From assembly GCA_964016885.1 (NCBI GenBank), contig OZ024746.1, positions 95,046,001 through 95,110,000 on the forward strand: a stretch of DNA of 64,000 bases, given 5' to 3'. Position numbers and translations under genes: made by a program. The notes under the pieces were generated by a model. That model was not told the origin of the DNA. It saw only the letters and a list, made by a program, of their open reading frames with translations, and ran no database searches. The stretch is from Eledone cirrhosa (Eukaryota). Each line of letters opens with the position of its first letter. The stretch's first letter is position 1. Positions 55,149 through 64,000 of the stretch are shown here, piece after piece.

Positions 55149-56170
55149 AGGGCAGTGGATTGGTAGAATCGGTAGAGCGTTGGGCAACATGCTTTATGAC
55201 ATAGGGTTACTTACGATCCGAGTTCAAATCCTGCCGAAGTGAACTTTGCCTTTCATCCTTACGGGATCGATAAAACAAAGTACCAGTAATGCACTGGCGT
55301 CAATTTAATCGACTTTCCCCTCCCCCCAAATTGTTGGCCTTGTGCCTAAATCAGAAACCAATATTTAGGTCACAGATTCAATCTCGTGTTGTGACATCTT
55401 GTACAAGTGTAATTTGCCATAACCGCGGGTTGGCCCATCCATGACCGAAACTAGGTAGATGAAAACGGTTTCAAACACGCCAGATGGACTCTACCTGTAA
55501 TTGAAGGGCCCAGCCTTGTCACATACACTGTGTCATGCTGAATCTCCTTGAGAATTGCATTAAGTGTACACGTGTCTGTGGAATGATTAGCCCCTTAAAC
55601 ATTAATTCAATGAGCAGGTTGTTTTGTTAATCGAACAACTGGAACAATGGTTGACGAAATCGATAAAAATCCTTTTCAATTTGCATCACTTTACGGGACA
55701 ATAACAGAGTTGATATGCTGCTATTTATACACAGTACACTCCTGTCTTAGCTAAACGAACAAGTGATGTTACAAGTAACTAACATCTAATGTAATTCCAT
55801 CCTAGGTCAATGTCTGTTGCAATGGAATGAAAACAATTTAGCCCATAATCCGAATAGAGGACTCGGATCGAATTTCTCTGAGCATTACCTAATACAATAA
55901 TGATTTAATAACCAAGATGAAGACACTAGCCTGAATAAACCAATATATAATAATTATTTATAGTATAGGCACACGGCCAGTAATTTGGGGAGAGGAGAAA
56001 GACGATTAAATCGACCCCAATACATTACTGGTACTTTATTTTATCGACCCCGTAAGGATGAAAGACAAAGTTAACCTCGGCAGGATTTGAACTCAGACCA
56101 TAAAGGGCCGTAACTCTTTGCTGCAAAGCATGGCGTCCGACCCTCTACCGATACTGCCAGTCCATTGCCC
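55149..56170. mobile_element. SINE copies (main family + at 55149, third family ~55490, main family - at 55955)
   Basis: Conserved SINE bodies; TSD TAAACCAATATATAATA around the last copy. Confidence 0.8.
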
Positions 56171-56345
56171 TAAACCAATATATAATAGGGGAGGGAGGGG
56201 ACTAGTTAAATTAGTAGTGTTATGTTCCTAACATATTTCGACGAAATAACCCGATTAAAGTCTTAAAGGAGATTTATATCTGTCCACATATGATAATATG
56301 ACGAACTCTTTTCAAAACATTAGATAAACGCAATTACATTCAAAA

Positions 56346-56498
56346 CTAGCTGGCCCCGTGTTGTCAAAAATGACGGCTAATTGAAATATCTATACATAAT
56401 ATAAAAAGGAGATGTTTGGCTGGTTGGTTGGTTCCATCGCGCTCACTCGCACAAGTGATACAAACACACACACACACAGTCAATGTGTTGCCAAATCG

Positions 56499-56529
<31 letters not shown>

Positions 56530-57104
56530 GCTGTGACGAATCTTATAACGCTGAACTTCTGTAGTCTCTCACGCCCCTTCCTCAGTCATCACATAGATGT
56601 GTGTGTATTAGACACCCCTTCCTTCCTCAGTCGACGTTATCACCCCTTCCTTCCTCTGTCGACGTTAGCACCCCTTCCTTCCTCAGTCGACGTTATCACC
56701 CCTTCCTTCCTCTGTCGACGTTAGCACCCCTTCCTTCCTCAGTCGACGTTATCACCCCTTCCTTCCTCTGTCGACGTTAGCACCCCTTCCTTCCTCTGTC
56801 GACGTTATCACCCCTTCCTTCCTCTGTCGACGTTATCACCCCTTCCTTCCTCTGTCGACGTTAGCAGCCCTTCCTTCCTCTGTCGACGTTATCACCCCTT
56901 CCTTCCTCAGTCGACGTTATCACCCCTTCCTTCCTCTGTCGACGTTAGCAGCCCTTCCTTCCCTAGTCGGTCGACGTTAGCAGCCCTTCCTCCCCTAGTC
57001 GACGTTAGCACCCCTTCCTTCCTCAGTCGACATTATCACCCCTTCCTTCTTCAGTCATCTCTAGTATGTGACTGAAAAATAGACAAGGCTATTATATTAG
57101 TAGA
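56346..57104 (-). mobile_element. Probable Helitron carrying a 28-bp minisatellite
   Basis: Minus-strand TC start (TCTACTAATATAATAGCC) and CTAG end; GTCACATACTAGAGATGACTGA...GAAGGAAGGGGTG shared with 50287-50325. Confidence 0.5.
56613..57056 (+). repeat. 28-bp minisatellite, ~15-16 units
   Basis: CACCCCTTCCTTCCTCWGTCGACGTTAK. Confidence 0.95.
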
Positions 57105-57113
57105 TGTTTAGTA

Positions 57114-57310
57114 GGGGCGGTGAATTGGCAGTATCGGTAGAGGGTCGGACGCCATGCTTTGGCGCATAGAGTTACGCCCCCCCCCCCCCTTGGCATTCTG
57201 AGTTCAAATCCCGCCGAGGTTAACGTTGCCTTTCATCCTTACGGGGTCGATAAAATAAAGTACCAGTAATGTACTGGGTAATTGCTGGCCTTGTGCCAAT
57301 AGTAGAAACA
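57114..57310 (+). mobile_element. Main-family SINE with 19-bp TSD
   Basis: ATTATATTAGTAGATGTTT at 57091-57109 and 57311-57329. Confidence 0.92.
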
Positions 57311-58078
57311 ATTATATTAGTAGATGTTTCTTTTTTATTGGCTGAGAAACAAAGTTTCCAACCTTTTTCGTGTTTGAATGACGAAGTTAACCACAGGAGG
57401 AATTGAATCTAAAATGGAGATCTTAGGTTACTTGATTCTATACAGTATCGTATTTATATTCAATAGAGCTGGAATGGCTCTTCCAACGCGGCTCCCTTAC
57501 CATCTTCCGGGATAACGCTTTTTCTATTCTGTCCGCCCGGACCACAGGGCGACCAGCGAGTGGGCCCACATTTGCTTATAATAGTGAGAGATGGGGAGAG
57601 CGAGAGAGACGGAGGCAATGAATATCTATCTATCTATCTACCTATCTACCTATCTTCCTATCTATCTATTTACCTGTCTATCTATCTTCTTATCTATCTG
57701 TCAGTTATACTATGAATCCAATAGATAAGATAATAAATGGCCTCTCCGTTGTACTCAGTTTGATTCGGCTAAGATAAATCTGACTAAAATATTATAGAAC
57801 CTCCGTCGGTTTCGATAATGAGTAGTTAGTCGTTTCATTAAAGCTGTCGTCTACTGAATTAACGTTTAAGTAGTTGAGTATTCTATAAGCCTGACTATAC
57901 TTAACATAATTCTCAGGGAGAGTCAGTATGGCACAATGTGCGACAAGGCTGGGTATTTGACTTACAGGCACAATCCATTCCACAGACTTCTTTCCACTCA
58001 GTTTCACTCACAAGAATTGAGTCGATCCAAGTCTATCGTAAAGACACTTGCCAAGGATGTCATGTCTCTCTTGTGACG

Positions 58079-58498
58079 CTAAACTCCGCCAGTTGCAGAC
58101 TGCGCATTAACATATGATATCTCTCTCCACAAAGTTCGATCAGCAGCAGCAGAGTTTAAAAAGCACAGATCAAGTCCAGTCCATAGGTTGACATTATCAA
58201 GCCATCGTTTTGGCTGCCGGCCTCTGCTTCTCTTACCAGCCAACCTTCCTTTCAGACATAACCTACTTACACCACGAGTTGAGCTTTTTATATGACAGAG
58301 TACTCTTGATTTGACAATTGATGTAATTGGTCTAAGTTTGGTAATGTTGAGCAGCTCACTGATACAGATACGGTCGCTGAGCCGCCGCTTCCCAGTCATA
58401 AGTCTTATGATGTGGTCCTGGAATGTAGAGAGCTTCTGAACTGACCTTGTCGTCCAATTAACACAGTCAAGACCATATAACACAACTGGTAGGATGTA
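58079..58498 (-). mobile_element. RTE-type LINE 3' fragment
   Basis: LYG...W...GKRSRGRQPKRWLDNV..WTGL...AADRTLWR. Confidence 0.85.
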
Positions 58499-58886
58499 AG
58501 TATATGTTATGTAGTGAGATCAAACCTGGGATCTTGTGAATGTGCAACGAACCTTATAACTACTCAGCCATTTCTGCCGCCATTGTTATAATATAATGTT
58601 ATACGTCAATTATAATGTGTAACTCAGTTTCTTTCACATAAACCGGAACTAACTGGAAAATCTATACAATCATGTTTCCGGTTAGATACCACGATAACAA
58701 CAAAGTGTTAACAACAAAACACTTAAGAAACAAATTGATTCCTGTACAACTGAACGGGGAGAAGAATAACGAGGACTATAGTCGTATACGATTTGATGGT
58801 AAATGGAGAATAACACTTGATGCCTGTTGCCATCGAGACTCCCAATATCCTCGGTCCCTAGACAAACATTTTCCTCTGCAATATCG

Positions 58887-59190
58887 GAGAGTCACTTCAA
58901 GTAGAGCCGCTACTTCTCCGAATTGAGAGATCACATGGACATGGAGTTAGAATGACTCAGGAAAGAATCGCTGGAGAGATTTTACGGGCAAAACCAACCG
59001 GCAGGAGACACAGGGATAGACTCCGAGGAAGATGGTTGGATAATATCCATAAGTTTGGCTGGTCTCGCTTGGGGATCCAGCCGGATCAGTTGGAGACGAT
59101 TGCTTCTGACAGGACCCACTGGAAGGAGTGTTTGAAGACTCTGCTCCCTCGACGCTCTAGGGAATAAGTGGTCGAAGAAGAAGTAGAAGA
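58887..59190 (+). mobile_element. RTE (Expander-like) 3' end with GAA tail
   Basis: RMTQERIAGEILRAKPTGRR.R.R.R.RWLDNI...DRTHWK. Confidence 0.85.
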
Positions 59191-59874
59191 AGGAGTGCAG
59201 ATTTTGTCCGGTGGTTAGTGGGCGAAGAAGAGAAGATATCGGTTGGAGAGTATCTGGTCTGAGGAAGGAGTCCTGTGAGGTGGAATGACTTGTATAGTGA
59301 TGTCTGCTAAGTATCGCTGGCTGCTCTTTGCGGTAATAATTTCGCCATTTTCTCCGCAGGATGCAGCTACGATATATCGCACAGCCAGGGGCTTCCCCCA
59401 CTCTCTTCATTTTTTTTTCTCTTTCTCCCTCCTCGACCCCTTTTTTTTCTTTATTTCTTTTTCTCTTTCTGTTTGTAAATATACAACTAAATATGAAAAC
59501 TGTGATCAATAAAAATGTTTCTCTCACTCTTTAGATTCTCGAGAGAAACGTTTCAATTATTATAATAGGTGAGAAAATATATTAGAGGTTCAATTTCATT
59601 TGGTTCCAGAGATTTACAGTAAGGTGGGAAGTGTGGGGCTGCTTTAACTGATTCTGCTTCTCTTGAGTCACAGAAATGCAATGTCCGTAGGAATACGAGA
59701 TCAATTCCATGACTCATGCGTATGTTATCCAACTGAAGCTTGTCTCTCCCTGTAATTAGTCTTTTATAATATCGTATATAGATCCAACCCCTTTCTTTTT
59801 CTTTTATTTCTTTCCGTTGTTTTTATTTATATTTATTCATTTCAATTTATTTTCTCTTTATTATTATTATGACG

Positions 59875-61292
59875 CATGGCGGTCTGTTGGCAATATCGGT
59901 AGAGCGTCAGAGACCATGCTTCATCGAATAGTTACGTCCCTTTACGTTCTGAGATCAAAACCCACCGAGGTTAGCTTTACCTTTCATCCTTACGAGGTCG
60001 ATAAAATAAAACACCAGTAACGTACTGGGGTCGATTTAATCGACTTTCCCCTCACACAAAAATTGCTGGTCTTGTTCCTATAGTAGAAACAATTATAGAT
60101 AGAAATTCTGAGATACACTCGTGCTCGTTGTTTTAGGGCGATGGATTGTCAGTATCGGTAGAGGGTCGGACGCCATGCTTTGCAGCATAGAGTTACGGCC
60201 CTTTATGATCTGAGTTCAAATCCCGCCGAGGTTAACTTTGCCTTTCATCCTTACGGGGTCGATAAAATAAAGTACCAGCCATGCATTGAGGGCGATTTAA
60301 TCGACATTCCCCTCCCTCAAAATGTGTTGGCCTTGTGCTTAAAGTAGAAACATTTATTATGACGCATTACAAGGTGGTGAATTGGCAGAATCGTTAGAGC
60401 GTCTGACAAATGCGGCTCTTTACGTCCTGAATTGATAAAATAAAGTTCAAGTAAAATATTGGGGCGATTTAATCGACTTTCTGTTACCCCGCTCAAATGA
60501 TTGGCCTTGGGCCTTATGGCGCATCAAAGTGGTGGATAGGCAACATCGTTAGCGCATGTGACAAATTCGTAGCAGTATTTTTCGGCTCTTTGGGTTCAGG
60601 GTTCAAATCCCGCAGAGGGCAACTTTGCCTTTCATCCTTTCGGGGTCGATAAAATAAAGTACCAGTGGGATCGGTATAATCGAATTACCCCTCTCTTAAA
60701 ATTGCTAGCCTTGTGCCTAAATTAGAGACCTTTGTTGAATTAGAGATCAGTAGCATGTCGGACATGCTTTGCAGAGTAGAGTTATGTCCCTTTACAATCC
60801 AAATTCAAATCCCGCCGAGGTTAGCTTTGCCTTGCCATTCATCCTTACGGGGACGATAAAATAAAGTACCTGTCAGGCACTGGGGTCGATTTAATTAACT
60901 TTCCCCTCCAAAATTGCTGGACTTGCGCCTATATCAGAAACCATTATTATGACGCATAAAGGGTGGTGGATTGGCAGAATCGGTAGAGGGTCGGACGCCA
61001 TGCTTTGATGCATAGAGTTACGGCCCTTTCCAATATGAGTTCAACTCCCGCCGAGGATAAATTTGCCTTTCATCCTTACGGAGTCGATAAAATAAAGTAC
61101 CAGTAATGCACTGGGTAATTTGCTGGCCTTGTGCCTAAAGTAGAAAGGGTGATGGATTGGCAGTATCGGTAGGGGGTCGGACACCATGCTTTCCAGCATA
61201 GTTACGTCCCTTAATGATCCGAGTTCAAATCCCGCCGAGGTTAACTTTGCCTTTCATCCTTGCTGGCCTTGTGCCAAAAGTAAAAACAATTA
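59875..61292 (+). mobile_element. Head-to-tail cluster of ~7 main-family SINEs of varied divergence
   Basis: Repeated A box/B box units; TTATGACGCAT recurs between units. Confidence 0.9.
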
Positions 61293-61639
61293 ATATGACG
61301 CATCAAGCTGAGAAAATCGGTCATACATTTCTGTGGGTGGGGTAGGTACTGTGAGGTAAAGTGGTGGGGGTAAAGAAAAAGGCAACCCTGTTTTTGTTTG
61401 TAACATTTTCCTTCTTAACACTTCATCAATGCGATGTGTTAGTGTCGTTTGTTATCTTTCTTCTTCTTCTTCTTCTTCTTCTTCTTCTCTACAAACAACA
61501 CAGCACACCACTAACCACCATTAACTACCACTACTGTCACTAATCCAGCTACTCACATGGACTATAGAACATCCCTCCCAACTAACAGGAGCTGAAATGA
61601 CAGCGGATTACGCCAAGTACTTTAAAGCATTAAAGCAGC

Positions 61640-62960
<1,321 letters not shown>

Positions 62961-63207
62961 TGTGTATGTGTTATATAACTAATTTCCTCCTGATTACAGC
63001 CAGAGAAAGATGGCCTCTTCAACCACGTAAAGAATAAATACTATTGTTTTCTTTACTTTCATTAATTAATTTGCCAACCTTTGTGTTTTCCATTGTTTTT
63101 ACTGTAATCTGTGTGTTGTGTTCTTGAGTAATATGAAATGGAATGGTCCTCCGTCGGTTTCGAGATTGTGTCTTCCAGTTGTTCGATCCAAAAAACAGTC
63201 TACTCGT

Positions 63208-63740
63208 GAAATGTCCTTGGCCCTAGGACCACTTCCCTACTCACCACCATCGGCACCCCATAACAGTGGAGACTTCTGGTCTCATTGGCTCTAGGACCAC
63301 CTCTCTACTTACCACCCTCGGCACCCTGTAGCAGTAGAGACTTCTGGTGTCCTTGGCCCTAGGACCACCTCCCTACTCACCACCATCAGTGGAGACTTCT
63401 GGTGTCCTTGGCCCTAGGACCACCTCCCTACTCACCACCATCAGCACCCGTAGCAGTGGAAACTTCTGGTGTCCTTGGCCCTAGGACCACCTCCCTACTC
63501 ACCACCATCAGCACCCCGTAGCAGTGGAGACTTCTGGTGTCCTTGGCCCTACTCACCACCATCGGCATGGAGTTGGCTGCACGCAAGTGCGAGCCTCGTG
63601 AGACTCTTCCAACGCGTATCTCCATCACCATCCTCCAGGGAAACACCCTCTCTATTCTGTCCGCCGGCTCCGCGGGGCGGCCAGCGAGTGGGTCCCCATT
63701 TGCTTGTAATAGTGAGAGATGGGGAGAGCGAGAGAGAGGG
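63208..63740 (+). mobile_element. CRE-like RLE LINE 3' fragment with ~6 tandem copies of a 50-66-bp segment
   Basis: GTCCTTGGCCCTAGGACCACCTCCCTACTCACCACCATC repeated, then TLPTRISITILQGNTLSILSAG. Confidence 0.8.
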
Positions 63741-64000
63741 ATGTAGTGACCAAACCAGTTTGCTGAAGTATTTTGTAGAGTTAAAGGTTAAGTGATTTTA
63801 CACCAACACCAGTACCATCTTCTGTCACGAACATTTTGTCCGCGGGGCTCAGCCCAAACACCTCCCCATCCCAAACCCAGAGCCCATCACCCTCTCCCCT
63901 TCCCTGTCTGTTTTTTATACAACCTTATTTACGGCGGTTGTTACTTGGTAGGACTTGTAAAAATCGGTATCATTACTAACATTTACTGTTTTTTGTTTAA

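Noticed and set aside
56613-57056. CRISPR-like 28-bp repeats (also the 52-bp repeats at 19490)
   Set aside because: No unique spacers; plain minisatellites.
61557-61591. Possible 35-nt minus-strand micro-exon (TTTCAG...GTGAGT)
   Set aside because: Splice-like motifs alone are too common; no recognisable protein. The same applies to candidates near 12900-13120, 13740 and 42700.

Overview
AT-rich, repeat-saturated animal genomic DNA with no prokaryotic gene structure. Most ORFs in the track are translations of (TA)n/(CA)n/(GA)n microsatellites. The dominant tRNA-derived SINEs look to me like octopus/cephalopod families; this is recalled, not searched. The window holds dozens of SINE copies, non-autonomous Helitrons, Tc1/mariner remnants (DD41D, DD37D, Tc1), hAT- and piggyBac-type MITEs, RTE and CRE-like LINE 3' fragments, a Penelope-like GIY-YIG remnant and several minisatellites. 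The one plausible host exon encodes a Thr/Pro-rich mucin-like stretch (36069-37678, minus strand). The most striking hidden signal is a dense set of type I hammerhead-ribozyme motifs (CTGANGA...GAAA...NUH with pairable stems I-III) from several unrelated sequence families. About 8 have an intact core; the rest are degenerate or fold-back derivatives. Most sit in short inserts within or beside (TA)n tracts, one pair is a 288-bp tandem (retrozyme-like), and one family is carried inside a Helitron. Also notable is a 36-bp tandem array built from a Helitron 3' end fused to a Helitron 5' end. All structures were derived by eye; nothing was computed or searched.
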